NCBI GenBank assembly: GCA_965637545.1
Contig: OZ281501.1
Location: 11,594,001 to 11,658,000, forward strand
DNA: 64,000 bases
Direction of reading: 5' to 3'
Origin: Phallusia mammillata
Taxonomy: Eukaryota
The notes beneath the pieces were generated by a model. It did not search any database. It was given only the letters and a program-made list of their open reading frames with translations, and was not told the DNA's origin. Each line of letters opens with the position of its first letter. Position 1 is the first letter of the stretch. The translations under genes were made by a program, and so were the position numbers. Positions 12,809 to 25,839 of the stretch are shown here, piece after piece.

Positions 12809-13440
12809 GCCTATAAATGCTGCAAAACACAAATTGATAAAATTAAGTATTGCAAACTCAAAGCCAAAAAATGCGATTTTTACAAAAAGATTAAGCTGGA
12901 ACCTTATTTAAAATTTGCGAACGCAATAGTAGCCTACAGGATCGATACTCAAATATCTTTTGCATACTGATTCTTGCCATGCGTATCTTGGAGTTGTTGC
13001 CGTATAATTTAGAAATGATATCCCGGCGAAATAAACGTGACCAACAACGGACGCAATCCAAAATTAGGTCTGAAGTGCACTTAAGCCTACACACTGTGTC
13101 AAATGTTGTGACACAGCGTGCCACTCTCACTTGGGCGCTTGTGACTCGTACCACTTATGTGGCAACCAACTGGTTTCAAACCACGCAAAATCAATTGTCA
13201 ACAAACACTTTAGCCACACTAAAGCTGGGAATGATCTTTCTCCACTGTTACTCATGTTATACATAACTTTCACACCATTTTGAATCAAAAATGTTTATTT
13301 CCACTTCAATACCTCGCCAACATTATATTTTGCAAAGCGTTGATTCAAACGTCTGCTCTCGCGGTCAAAGAATTCTGTCTGCCACCCGCCGGGGCGTAAC
13401 AGGCCGCACGAATGAGGTTAATTCGGGATGGCGTGCGACG

Positions 13441-13448
13441 ATTTATAA
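13441..13448 (-). promoter_or_regulatory. Candidate TATA box for the minus-strand Cys/His-domain gene
   Basis: TTATAAAT on the minus strand in a locally GC-richer segment about 630 bp upstream of the acceptor at 12811. Motif evidence only. Confidence 0.3.
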
Positions 13449-16400
13449 GGCCACTCGAAATTTACTTCCTCTCGTTGCACAAGGCAGCACAACGTAGTAG
13501 TGATCACTGGGCTCTGACTCTAATGCGCAGGTTTCACTGAAGTCGCTTTAATTATGACCGGGCGAGTGCTTTGCGATCGTACCGGGATCCGCACAGCCCT
13601 CCGCATTCTCATCATAATCAACTTCATTAATAACACCATGAATAAACTGCTCGCGCCTATTTAACCGTATAATCTTGCGCCGGAACGCTCAGTAATGTTA
13701 CCACTAATCTAGTCGAGGCACGCCTATTCCGCACTTGCTGACGACTATCCTTGTTTATTGAAACGCCGACTAAGCACTTTGCATGAATTGAGTTCAGTCT
13801 CGTATATCTATGCACGTGGCGGTTATTGCCTGTATCTGTCAAAGGGCGTGTCCGACAGCGGAAACAATGTTGGAATTCTTTGTCATATTAGCTTTACAAT
13901 ATCCCCTGCAGATTATTCTGTGAAACAAGATTAACCTGGCAGTCTCCTTGGTTTATTTTGTTAGCCCGGGCGTGAAAAGTTCACCTACCTTCGGCGATAA
14001 GGCGATTATGGTTAAACGATTACGAGAACGAAAAATAATTACTTCACTGCTTGTTCAATGTGTTCCTACGTCATTGTACAGGCATTGCAACATGAGTGGC
14101 CATTAAAAAAACAGATCACAAGTTAAATTGCCACTTGCATCTTAGTGATAACAACTTCAACACGAGAGGACTCCGTGGTTTAGTAACGCATTTATTGCAA
14201 TTTAACGCATTGGTAACTCAAGATTTAGCACATAATTCTTGTGGCAAATTGCTGGTTGCTACCTTCAAAGAACTGTCCGCTGCTCAGGATGGCAAGGAAT
14301 TTCGATTTTCAACACCGTGGTCGCACCTTACACCTACTCCGGTGACAGATCTGACGCCTACAGCCGCCAATTGTGGCGACGCGCCCACCAACAAGCTGAA
14401 CCTGGCTGTCATACGAGCAAATTGACTGCGGCTCGCAAATTTGCAGAAAAGCAATCGCGAAACCTCTTTTCAACCAAATCTGCCAATTGCACCACCAAAC
14501 AACCTAGAATCGGCATCTCATTACAAGCTTCCGGCATAGTCGGTAACAAATCAAACTGTCAAGACAAACTACCACAGTTGCACTGTTGGCGAGATTTATG
14601 GCGCAGGTGCATCTTATGCTTGTGCACAGTGACGGCACGTGTTGTCTGCCTATAGCTCTTGCGCAAGTCGTATGGAGCCTCTAAGCTCTGTCGCAGCCAA
14701 GTTCATAACCTGTGTCGCAGATTAGGAAGAGCCATACACATACAAACTCTCCGCGTAGTAACCGAGATTATCCCAATGCGAGCGCACACAGCGAACCAGC
14801 GTAACGTTTTAGCTATGCTTTGCGCACAGCTTAACGAGTTGCAGGGACGCTTACGACATTTCGTGACCTCGGATTCGTCAACAACGAAAATAAGTTGGTT
14901 TTTGCATCAGCGACACTGCCGTGTTGTCGCAGCCGTGACGGTCATAACCTCGATTAGCATTTAAAATAATCTGTCCGCAACTCATCAACGCCCACTTTTG
15001 TGGTTGCATTGATTCATGGACTCACGAGTAAGAAATGGGCTATTAGCTTGCCTCTTCAGTAATCATATTAACTCTTGTGCTATGTTGATGTCCTAATTTC
15101 GAATCCAGGCACATGTTGTTTATGAGTATGCCGAAAGATAACATGTCAACGGGAGCCGATGTCCATTTCCGTTAATCAGCAACATTTCACATTTGACACT
15201 TAAGTTACCGCGTTAATTCCCACAGATTAAGCTGTGTTTGTATGCAACGTGCGCAGATGTCACTAATCTAAGGAAAAATATTTCTAATTCTGACTGCACC
15301 AATCTCGTGGCATTGCCTTGTATTTCGAGGCCAAATGAGATTAGCTGGTCAAGTCGTGAATTGTTACGTCACGCAATATGTGACCTCTTCTGCACTTCGA
15401 CGAATTTCAAAACAAAACTTTCTCACTGCGTCAGTAATTCCAATTTTGTACAGTTCCTATTTACAGACATATGTCTAACTCTAAACTACATTACGTGCTC
15501 AGATATCTGGATCAACAAATTTTACATTTAATTTACATTCTCAACAATTACAGCACCAATCTCTTAACGCATCCAACACAACACTATTCTCTAAATGTCG
15601 TACTGAGTTAACTGGTGCACTGAAACATATTGCAGCACGATAATTCCGACTTGCCTCCCCTAATCTGCGCCTGAATGAGTCTGTTGTAATAAAATGGCAC
15701 CCCGCTGAGTTGTGTATACGAGCATCGGTTTAACGAGCGACACGCCTATTGTGACGTTCCATCTGTGCCATGGTGATTCACTAATTTCGGGTTACTACTA
15801 CCAAAGCGAACCCGAAAATTGTCAAACGACTGCTTCGTAACCACTGCTGTGCAAACAGACGCGACGTAAGGGGGCTATGAACTAACATGACTCGATGTTG
15901 TTGTGTATTATCGTACTTAGGCGATAAAAGGGAAAAAAACAACTTTCTAAACCTCGATCCTTTTCTCTTTTCCCAACGCAAAAAAATTACCTGGGCGTAT
16001 ATTTCATGGTAAAATGTTTTACTTGAAGGTCTTAGATAAGCTGAGTCACGTTGTGCTACGAATCGCAAGATAATGCAAAATGATCGTCGTCTGTTAAGTT
16101 AACCGACAAAATCTGACTCTACAAATTCGACATTAGTGAACCTCGCGACACCTGCTGGGACAATTACAGCTTCTACTGCCATTGTTCTTGACCTTCGACC
16201 CTTTAACTGCCATACACGATGACAACCAAGTTGGAAGCTACCATCCACGTACTTAAACACAGTGCGCATGTTTGGCAGTGACAAGTTAAACGCTAGTGGC
16301 GACAGGCGGTAAATAAACAACGTGTCGTTCTGGCAGGATAAGTTCGCAGGAAAGTAGCCAATTGCGCAGATTGCCGTGAGCGATGTGGGCTGACCTTTCG

Positions 16401-19228
16401 CGACACCTTGCGTGTTTTTTCATTTAAAACTGGGGATTTTCGGACAGGATATACGTGGCTGCACTCATGGCGTTTGCAAAGCTTCGGACACTCTCGCACT
16501 TGCCACCGAGGCCCTCAAAACAGCTCGCCGCTGAACTAACGTAAGCCAAAGCCACTTCAAGGCAACAAATCCTCTTGAATAGAAGGTTTTCACGTCAGAA
16601 GTGTCGTTGGCTTGGACCCTTAGACCACACGCGGAAAAAGTTGTGTTGGTGCCGAACACCCTTGTAAAATCGGCAGAGACACTGTTAAAGCACGAAACAA
16701 CGTATATCTATCCGAACTAGTCTCGACAAGACCAGGCTGTGTTAACATAGGTTTTTCCTGACTTGACGAATTATTTCGTAAGAGCCTTGAACAATAGCCG
16801 ACAAACATTTCAAAACTTGAGCAACAGACAAAGAGCTTGTTTGCATTAGTCAAATGTCGTACTGGTACTGTCCAATGCAGCGCAAATAAACTGTCATGGA
16901 ACAATCGAGCATTGCAATCCATTACTCCTGCTCGTCTGTTGTTTTCTCTCAATGGTTGAATCAACGGTCTAACACTTACACCGACAATCGCAACAGAGCT
17001 TGCTGGGAAAAAGTTTGCTCCGAGAATTCGATTTCTAACAAAGTTGTTTTTTTGAAAAGTGAAGGGCCAAGTTTCACACTCAAATCACAAACAATTTAAT
17101 GTGCCAAACCAAAGCATTCACTGTATTGATGCTAGTTGTTTATGTAATAATTAAGGCTAGCCCTTCGAACTTCCGAAAGATGTTTGACAACTATACTTAT
17201 AAAACTGCGCATATCACAAGATACAGGTGGCACCTGGCATGATTCAAAATAACCAAGGTTACAAATGCGATAATAAAACTTATCAGCATGTTAACCCCCA
17301 AAAAGGTGGAATATTGTTTTGTATGCCACATTTAACCAAACATGAAAGATAAACTAAACTCGGTTTATATCGTTTGAAAGGTAGTTTTATAGTCATTTAT
17401 ATAAATCAAACAACTTAAAATGAGCTTAAAATGTTTCTTTAATAATACCAGTCTAAAACACTGTTTCTCCCCTTTCTTTTAGTTGTTTAATTCACCTATT
17501 TTTATGAACAAAACAAGTACTATCTCGGCCTGCAGCTGTAAAACACCTAGCGCTGATTTTTATTGTCGCTACGATAAGATCTGCGGCCGCCGTTTATCAA
17601 ACATTTGTCGTCATTTGTGCCCCAAGTCAATCATTAACCAAATGCTTCAGGAACTATTTGCTCAAAAACCAGCCAAGAAAATTGATGACGCGCTTCATAC
17701 ACGACCCAATTTCAGGGGAAAACGAACGCTGGAAGCCGAAATAATAAGGAAGATATAAAACTGTTCTATCGGCGCCATATCTAAATTGCCGTGGATCTGA
17801 TAATGGTGGTGTTTTCGGTTTGGCGTTTGGATGAGCAAGGTCATATTTGGTAATTGTTGATCCGTCGCGGTTTTCTCGTGCTGTCTTTGATATCGTTTCC
17901 CATAAAAGCTAACAAAGCAAACAGAGCATGTGGGGAAAGTTGCCATGAGACACAATGGCGCAATTACGATCATCGCCTGAATAAAATCTGTTTGCACAGG
18001 TTTAATGCTCACTACTCAGTTTGTCATACACCTGTGATTTTTACGATCGGATCGCAAAAACAGGAAACCTTTGACGTCAATATACCATTACTCAGCTTAT
18101 ATTAGTTGATATATTTGCATTTAGTATTTGTTTTAGTTGCATTTATGACGGTATAAAAAAAACACCGAAAAAAATGGCCCCTAACAAATTTACGCTATGC
18201 TTTCGTCGTGCTGTAAAATGGACAAAAAATAAATTACATATTGCTTAAATATAAAAGAAAACAAAGCCCTTTCACTAACCCTAGAAGTAACCTACATGTG
18301 ATTGGACATTTTTACAGCTTGTAGTAAGCGTGTTGTTTGGTTAGCGTTGATAATATAAAAGTCAAACACAAACATAATGTCCATGTGGCCCATACATGTT
18401 TTTGTCATTTGCCATCCGAAACAATTAGACGTCTAAAGTCTTCAGCAATTCCAACAGTCAAGTTGAATAGCAGCACTAAAGCATAATTGATCTTGAAATG
18501 CTTGTGTGTGGTCGAGACTCTTTATTAGGAAAAGCTTTTTATTACGGCCCGGTTGAAAATAAATCACTTACTACTACCGACAAGCACTTGACTTGTTTGC
18601 TGTTGGTCGGAAGTGTACTTCAGCTGTTTTTCTTCTAGAGCAGAAAATGTTAACAGAGCCTAAATTCTCTAAATGTTTAAATTGCCTACAGTGATTGCAA
18701 ATCTCTTTGCTTGGCACTACCCCGCCACACGCCCAACTTTTTTACCAGGGAAGAAAAACAGAAAGAAAAAAATCGGTACATTTGATTTAATTTTTCAAGC
18801 AACAAACTAATCACAAAAATTGTTCAGTGCTCATGAGTGAACATTTTAGCGAGTTAACTGGCTTAAATTTGAACAATTTTGAAAACTCGGTTTCTCAAAA
18901 ACGTAAATAAGACAATTTTTCGCTGGTATTGCCTATACTCTCAGCATTTACGATTGTTGACTTCAGTATAGAGCGCATTGCTTTGTGACTTGGATGTGTC
19001 CTGGTCACATTACACCAGCTTTAAAATGTTGTAGCACTGTGTTTTGTTTGCTCTCGCAAATTGTTCACGGCGTGGCAAGGTTGAGAAGTACTTAGCATGA
19101 GATATGTCAAGGCTCGTGTAAATACAATGATTTGTTGACAAACATTTGTTTCGTTTGGTATGAACATTCAACTTTTCGGTTGTCCTTATTTGACGGAACA
19201 CCCATCGATGAAGAACCCTGATTTAAAG

Positions 19229-19304
19229 CCGAGGTCCGCAAATACTTTTTGGCGCGATAAAAAATGGCCCTAAATTCTCGCGACCCACTATTTGCGGACC
19301 CCTG
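19229..19304. mobile_element. 76-bp miniature hAT-like inverted-repeat element
   Basis: Imperfect TIRs CCGAGGTCCGCAAATA / TATTTGCGGACCCCTG. Both flanks have the nnnTAnnn form but are not identical. Confidence 0.5.
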
Positions 19305-19567
19305 CTCTAGGGAACGCGTAAAAAATTTTGAACGCTGCCAAAAATATATTAACATCGTGAGCGGTTGGTTGGCTGCTAATAAATGTATTTGTTAATTACT
19401 GCTTGTTTGGTTGTGACTACAGAATTTGAAATTTTAGGTTGTGTAAATAGAATCACAAAGTTGTAATTTATGATTTTCAGCTTTATTGGTGTCGCTTTTA
19501 TTCTCCAGCTTAAGTTGGCCCAAAGTCGCATTGCGACATGCGACTGTCGCGACCGATAAGTACATTC

Positions 19568-20079
19568 TAGTGATGTACCGAATCGGCTAAATTTCGATTC
19601 GGCCGAAACCGAATATTCGGCGGTTTTGCCGAATAAATTCGGCCGAATCAACCGAATCATTTATGACGTCACGCAAAGTCGTACGTTACGCGTTTGACGT
19701 GAAAAAAATGTTTATCTACCAGGCAGCCAGTGCAAAATAGTTGTGTTTCGTCCTTATTTCACTTCTGTGGGGTTTAAAATTGCCTTAAGCATGATTGGCA
19801 ACCTGCCAATGAATTACTAATTTTTTTGACTACCGTGGGAAAAACGATAATGTGTTGAATAAGATAAACATTGACGCAATTTTCGTTATGTTTGGGCTTT
19901 TGAAAGATTGCGTGGACCTTAATAAGCAGAAAAGACACGTTTAACGCTTTAAATTTGTGTTCGTAAAAGATTCGGTTTCGGCCGAATCGCAACAAATTAT
20001 TCGGCCGAAACCGAATCTTTGCAAAAATGATCGATTCGGCCGAATAAATTCGGCAAACCGAATATTCGGTACATCTCTA
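19568..20079. mobile_element. hAT-type MITE (512 bp)
   Basis: TIRs TAGTGATGTACCGAAT / ATTCGGTACATCTCTA, a perfect 8-bp TSD GTACATTC (19560-19567 and 20080-20087), and many CCGAA/TTCGG subterminal repeats. Confidence 0.93.
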
Positions 20080-20464
20080 GTACATTCCTCCAAAATAAAT
20101 GGTACAAACTTCACTACAAATGTTAGGTACAACAACCAAGTAAAAACAGACATATTGTATTTTCTCTTGGGTTAACAACAGTTTACAGAAAGTTTAGAAG
20201 TAACGATTTAAAATTAATATTTAATTGATTTGCATACTAGAGTCTTACGCACTAGAAAAAGTACGACAACATTTTTATGATTACAATTTTAACAACTTTA
20301 AAATGTTTTAATAATAGCCACATTTAATTTTTAATGCAACTATTTTAAATGGTTGTGGTACCTTACATATTGTGGCAATGTTTTTGTTTTTGGGAAATTG
20401 TTTTTAGGGGACTAATTTTGAATGACCCCCAAATGACTGCGTAGTGTCGAAGTAAAAGTCTAAT

Positions 20465-21488
20465 ATGGGGTATAAGTGGGAAGACATTCCTGAGAAATAC
20501 AAACCTCACTGGTCGTAAGTATTTAAACAAATCTTTTTTACAATATGCATCGTTTATTATTCCTTTTTTACATTCAAATACACTGGTCTGGTGTAAATGT
20601 CAAATATATTTCAATTGGTTATCGGGAAATGTTTTCATTATAAATTGTTTGTCAAATAAAATCTGTTGCATCTATATAGAAAGAACATTGTTATTTTAAT
20701 TAAGAACATTTTATTCCATATATTTCGGATTTGGAAGCGATTATGTTGTCTAGTTTACCTAGTGCTTAACAATTACAGTGAAAGTTACTCATAAGAATTT
20801 TTTTAATGATGTGGATTAAGGATTAAGTTTGGTCAAGTTTTACTATAGTTGTTCTACAATATTCAAATTCATTATATTTGTTTGTTATATTGATATTTAA
20901 TTTGGTGTCAAATGTTTTTTCAGAACTTGGAAGATAGAAGGAACTCCACTAGAGGATGTTCAGAAAAAGTTAAATGCAAAAGGATTGCATAATCCATGGT
21001 TAAGAAACGAAGTTTGGATGTACAAAATGCCCCACAGACATACTTCAATTCCAAAAGTATGCTTCTCATTAGTGTTATAAAAACACGTAGCTTATATCAT
21101 TAATTAAAGGTCCGTGACCACTTTTTGGCTGGTCAACAAAGCGTGCATTTGTTGGGTGATAAACTGGAAATATCCCATTTATTTTACTGAATGTTTATTC
21201 AAAATGTTATATCACTTCAGCAAGTTCTGTTTTAAAGAAATAGGTTTCCAACCCCAAAGGTTATTGTGTATGGTTGCTTTATGTTTACTGAAGAACAGAG
21301 TGGTCCACAACAGTCTTTTGACTGGGCTGATGGTCCATGGCCTGAAATGGGTTTGAGAACCAATGGTTTATATGAAATTTTTTTTGCAGATATTCAGGAG
21401 AGGTATTGTTCCTGGTTTTGCTATCTTTCTTGGTGCACTCGGTATTGAATACTTTTTTTTGCCAAAAAGTGATGGTGGACACCATTAA
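20465..21488 (+). CDS. NDUFB3: NADH dehydrogenase (ubiquinone) 1 beta subcomplex subunit 3 (B12), 93 aa
   Basis: Exons 20465-20514, 20924-21056 and 21390-21488 give [50 protein letters not shown]...[32 protein letters not shown]. The [23 protein letters not shown] motif plus a single TM helix match NDUFB3. The gene is absent from the ORF track. Confidence 0.95.
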
Positions 21489-21841
21489 GTTTTTTTCGTA
21501 AATATATTTGTACAATGTTGGAAAAATGTTGTGTTAAAATGAATTAAAATAGTAAGTGTAGTTGAATAGTTATAGACCACTGGTTTTTTTCACTACTAAG
21601 GGCTGCATCACAGTTTCTTATTTAACCAAGGGGCACCTTGTGTTTTCATGTTTTTTTTAATAATTATTAAAGTAAAGAAATAGGATTTATCTCTTAGTAT
21701 CCCATGTACTGGGGCCTGAAGTCTTGTTTGATTCCCAACTTAAAATCCTGACTGCTTTTGGCGTCACCATGACGCATATAGCCAGTCCCACGAAATCTGT
21801 TCAAACCAGTTTTTAAAGCAAAACATGAAGAAAAAGTCCAA

Positions 21842-21900
21842 GTACGCCAGGCCAAAGGCGTAACGGCAAGGCATTTGCCAGAAAAATCTAGCCTGCGGGT
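21842..21900 (+). repeat. Dispersed repeat fragment, copy A (related to 40069-40165)
   Basis: Shares the ordered blocks GTACGCCAGGCC, AAAGGCGT, ACGGCAAGGCA and AGAAAAATCTAG(c/a)CTGCGG with the copy near 40.1 kb. Confidence 0.6.
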
Positions 21901-23274
21901 AAACCCACGACAGGAGTCTTTCCGAGACTCGCGCTCAACCAACGGAGCTGCACAGGCCCGTCCCAAGTCGAACCACAAGAACTGTTTATTGGCTAGGTTG
22001 TAGCCTACATGTCAGCTTTCTAGTAAGGGACAGCCAGTTCGACCATTAATCAGTTAAATGGCAGGTCATACCACTCTGCAACCAACTCGATAGTTTAGTT
22101 GTTTGTTATTTAACGTTGCGAAAAAAGTTTGCAGTGATGAAGAGGCTCAAGTCGGTAACTCGTCTCGCGTCAGCTTGTTTTAAGGACTTTGTTTAGGTCC
22201 CGTTTCATGAAGAACTTTTGGCTCTAGATCAGGAAAAATCAAATCGTTTTATCCACTTGTCAGAAAACCGTTAAATGACAACAAATACAAGACAATCAAG
22301 TTATGATTATTACTTCACATGCCTTCTTAATCTTTTGGCGTCAGAAAGTCACCCGCTTTAATGGATTACATGATGATACAAAACAATACAACGTATTTGG
22401 ACTACAGGTTTAATATATGCGCAAACGCTCAAGCGGAGGGAAAAATTCCGCCTGCGACTCTCTGGCCAGCAAGTTAATGCAATATGGACAGGGAATCAGA
22501 CACGCACAAAATTTTCACTTTCAAACTATGTCGCTGCAAGTCTCACCCTACCAGCATCAGGCACGAAATCTTCGATCAGCTTCACGAAAGGGGGATCGAA
22601 CAGCGGCTCTCTTTCACTTTGGTGACTGCGCTTCCTTGCATACCTACCGCAACCGGATAAATTGGGTATCTTTTTTCTTCTTTACACTCGTTTTATGCGG
22701 CGGATTCAAGCATTGTGTGATTCTATTTTGTGGACCTCAAAAAGACACATCGCTATAACGTGAACCAGAATTGCTTAGGCTTGGGTCGATTACGCCAACA
22801 GAGGATCGTTAAAAATCTAAAAATGATTGATTTATATTTTTGCCAAACCGGGTGTTGGGATCCATTCGTTTCTGCTTGCAGAAATAATCATCTTGGTTAC
22901 GTTGTTGGTTGAAGTCAGGGAGCCAATAGAAATTAATTTTAACAAATTTAAGTATATCTGTTGTAGCCATAGAGTAATGATCCATGATTTATAATTGGCC
23001 CAAGATAGACCATGAATTCGCTTCCAGGCAAAAAAATCCCAACCTTCTTTCGTTTAGAATTCCCAAGCTTTTCTTAGGACAACCACAACCAGAAGCTTCA
23101 ACTGTTCAATGCAAAAAGTCAAAAAACGCCCACCGCCTAAATGGTGGTATGGCGGGTAGGCTATTACAACAGGTAGAGTCCTAAAAACCAGGGAATGCTT
23201 CCTTCGGTAAAAAAGCGAATATTTCGCGGGACACTTGGAAATCTCTCACGGCACACAGTTTGGGAATCACTGTA

Positions 23275-23530
23275 CTAACACCATAACGCAAATGACAACC
23301 AAAAGTCGATTGGTTATATCTCCAAAAATGCTCAAGGTTAGGGCTATTAGGGTCGGGGTAAGGTATTAGCATTTAAAATTCAATAAAACTAATCCAAAAA
23401 ATTAGTTACTAATGCATTTTAAAAACTTATTTCCCAACCCAACCCATTTATAGCCGCAAAATAAACAATTCAGCTCTTTATCTTTACGCCCCCTAATCTC
23501 CCGAGGTTGTCATTTGCGTTATGGTGTTAG
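23275..23530. mobile_element. TA-flanked MITE (256 bp) with perfect 26-bp TIRs
   Basis: CTAACACCATAACGCAAATGACAACC and its exact reverse complement at 23505-23530, with TA on both sides. Internal TTAGGG-like motifs. Confidence 0.88.
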
Positions 23531-24110
23531 TAGCTCTACCATTACAACAGATACCACGTTCAAAGCCAAAATAAATGTATCCACATGTGTAGCGTCGTAC
23601 CTTCAGTGCAGAGCCTGGATAAACTGCCAGGGTGAGCAGGTTTTTTTTAAGGTTTGGTTTGGGTGACCGCTAAGTAGTTTTAAGAGACCGCAAGTGTTTC
23701 ATTTAAATACGAAAACATAGCCATATTTGCTTTTTCCCTAATTTTGGGAAACCGCTGGAGAAATTTGGACCGTTTCGGTCCCCCAAAACACCTTAAAAAA
23801 AACACTGAGGGTGAGCAACCGATTTTCGTTGGATCAAGGTTGAATGACGCGCACACTAAACGCGGTTTTCTGCAAAGAAACGCCACAAGTAAAAAATCGG
23901 AACGATTAACAGCGACAACATACGTGTGACAAACAAATGTACAGTAAGAAGCAACATACCAAACTCTGATCTGTCCAAGCTTTTCGACCACATATGCAAT
24001 CACTTGTCGACTATAAACACGGCGTTCAATGCAGCCGAGTTACTTCGTCGCACAGACACACGAGTTAATGCACTGTAATAGTTGAGGCATAATTATGCAT
24101 TCAAGTAAAG

Positions 24111-24420
24111 CAGTGGTTCTCAAACTGTGGTACGCGTACCACTGGTGGTATGGCGGAACTTTTCAGGTGGTACGCGAGTAGCTTTCCGTAATACCTAAAC
24201 CTTGTGTTCGCGGACACCAAAGGGGTCGTTCAGGGGGTTCATGGAGGCAAATATGTTTAGTATCAAAGACCTGCGATAAATTCGAGGCCAGAAACCTACA
24301 CAATTTATAAAAGGGGTCCGTGACTACAAAATGGCTGGAAGCCACTGGTTTAGGTGGTATGCGCAGCGATAGAAAAAGTTGTCAGGTGGTACGCGCTCCG
24401 TACAAGTTTGAGAATCATTG
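24111..24420. mobile_element. hAT (Charlie/Buster-like) MITE
   Basis: TIRs CAGTGGTTCTCAAACT / AGTTTGAGAATCATTG, near-perfect 8-bp TSD AAGTAAAG / AAGTCAAG, and GTGGTACGCG subterminal repeats. Confidence 0.85.
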
Positions 24421-24865
24421 AAGTCAAGCATAAACAACGCCGCTATTAGGCACACCAACTTACCGGTTTGCAACAGTATAATGCACAACACAACGTATGC
24501 AGGTCCAACTTGTATTCGCTATATTTCAAGACAACATGTCGTCAACAACTGGTACTGTAACGAGTAAATCGTAATAACACAAAATGCCCACCAGTAACTC
24601 AAATCTTTACACAGCTCAAATATATTCGTCGACAGTTTTCATATTATCAGTAAACTTCCTTATTTAAACAAAAAAAAACACTTATCATCTAGTCATGTAT
24701 TACGTGATCACTTTGATGCGGTCAGCACAGAGCAGACACTAATAAACGCAAACCATACGCACAAGGTAATTGCTCCACAATGGATTTGACGTCACAACGT
24801 CATTGTTTTGCGTTGATAACAATGTCAGGACGATATTCCCGGCACCCGTGCATAACAGCTTAGCG

Positions 24866-24921
24866 CAGTGGTTCTTAACCGGTGGGAAATTTAATGTTTT
24901 CAGAGGGAAATTGTCTGAGTC
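24866..24921. mobile_element. Left end of a hAT (Charlie/Buster-like) element, interrupted by a SINE
   Basis: CAGTGGTTCTTAACC terminus of the same type as at 24111 and 26763. The right end was not identified. Confidence 0.55.
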
Positions 24922-24936
24922 AGAAGTCACCAAACT

Positions 24937-25052
24937 GAGCAGGAACTTGGCCGAATGGTCTGGCGCGCCTGACCCATATACAGACATAAAAAAAAAATCT
25001 TGATCGGGATTCGTCCCCGGGAGTGTCCTGGGTTCGAACCCCGTGAAAAAAA
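24937..25052 (+). mobile_element. tRNA-derived SINE, copy 1
   Basis: Pol III A box TGGCCGAATGG and B box GGTTCGAACCC, an oligo-A tail, and a perfect 15-bp TSD AGAAGTCACCAAACT (24922-24936 and 25053-25067). Confidence 0.9.
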
Positions 25053-25839
25053 AGAAGTCACCAAACTCGGACCCGTCGGTTGAAATTAACCGTTGAAAGT
25101 TAGTTTAATACAATATTTTCCGCAACAACATGTAAGATTAACTTCACCTAGTTTTACAAGGCGCATAAAAATTCAAAAATCGTTTGTTACGTCACAGACA
25201 TTACTAAAAGTATCAATGACTTTGTTATTGTTCGTGAATAAATATTTGATCTGTTGATTGTGATGCAATAAATGACTAATGCAAGCACATGAGATTTTTC
25301 AAAAATCCACACGATTTTAATTTCTCACGAAATCACTATTCAAACTAAATAAGATTGCAGTATACCTTTAAGCTCCCGACCAAATCGCTTCACAAAATCA
25401 TTTCGATGAAAGAATTTTTTTTTTAAAGGTTTGTTTTGTCATGTTTAACCTAATGACGTATTTTTCAACGTAATATCGTCGTTATTGCTACTTTTCGCTT
25501 TTCAGATGAGGTTGTGGAACTTGTAAGACTGATTCTAGAAATGTATGGTTCTGGTTCGGTCTGAAGCCAGAAAAAGATTCCTCCAGTGAGAAAAATCTAG
25601 CGGGTATGGTTTTTTATTTATTTTAGGAACGCTAGACACTTTTGTTAGCATCACATTGTTTTACAAGCTTTTGACTACTTGTTGACAATAAAAATTTCTA
25701 ACATTAAGACAGATTGGTATAGCTCTTAAACAATGTCTGTAAATTAACTACGTATGTTTTATGCGCAGGTGGACTGCTTGTTGACCCTTCATACAGGTGT
25801 TGGGTAATCACTCACCCCACCGACTCACAGTATGTTGTG

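Noticed and set aside
13291-18105. Numerous 60-140 aa ORFs in the intergenic region
   Set aside because: No recognisable domains, no consistent splice-phase chain, and they overlap on both strands, as expected of random ORFs.
21150-21345. C/D-box snoRNA in NDUFB3 intron 2
   Set aside because: Only a degenerate C box and scattered CTGA motifs, without a terminal stem or sensible spacing.
24937-25052. Functional tRNA gene
   Set aside because: No acceptor stem or clear anticodon arm. The oligo-A tail, 15-bp TSD and a second variant copy indicate a retroposed SINE.
25506-25603. In-frame TGA before GCGTCK in the upstream exon of the CaaX gene, suggesting a selenoprotein
   Set aside because: No compatible upstream coding exon was found. 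The only SECIS-like ATGA...AA...GA stretch overlaps the terminal stop and pairs poorly. A UTR exon or alternative acceptor explains it more simply.
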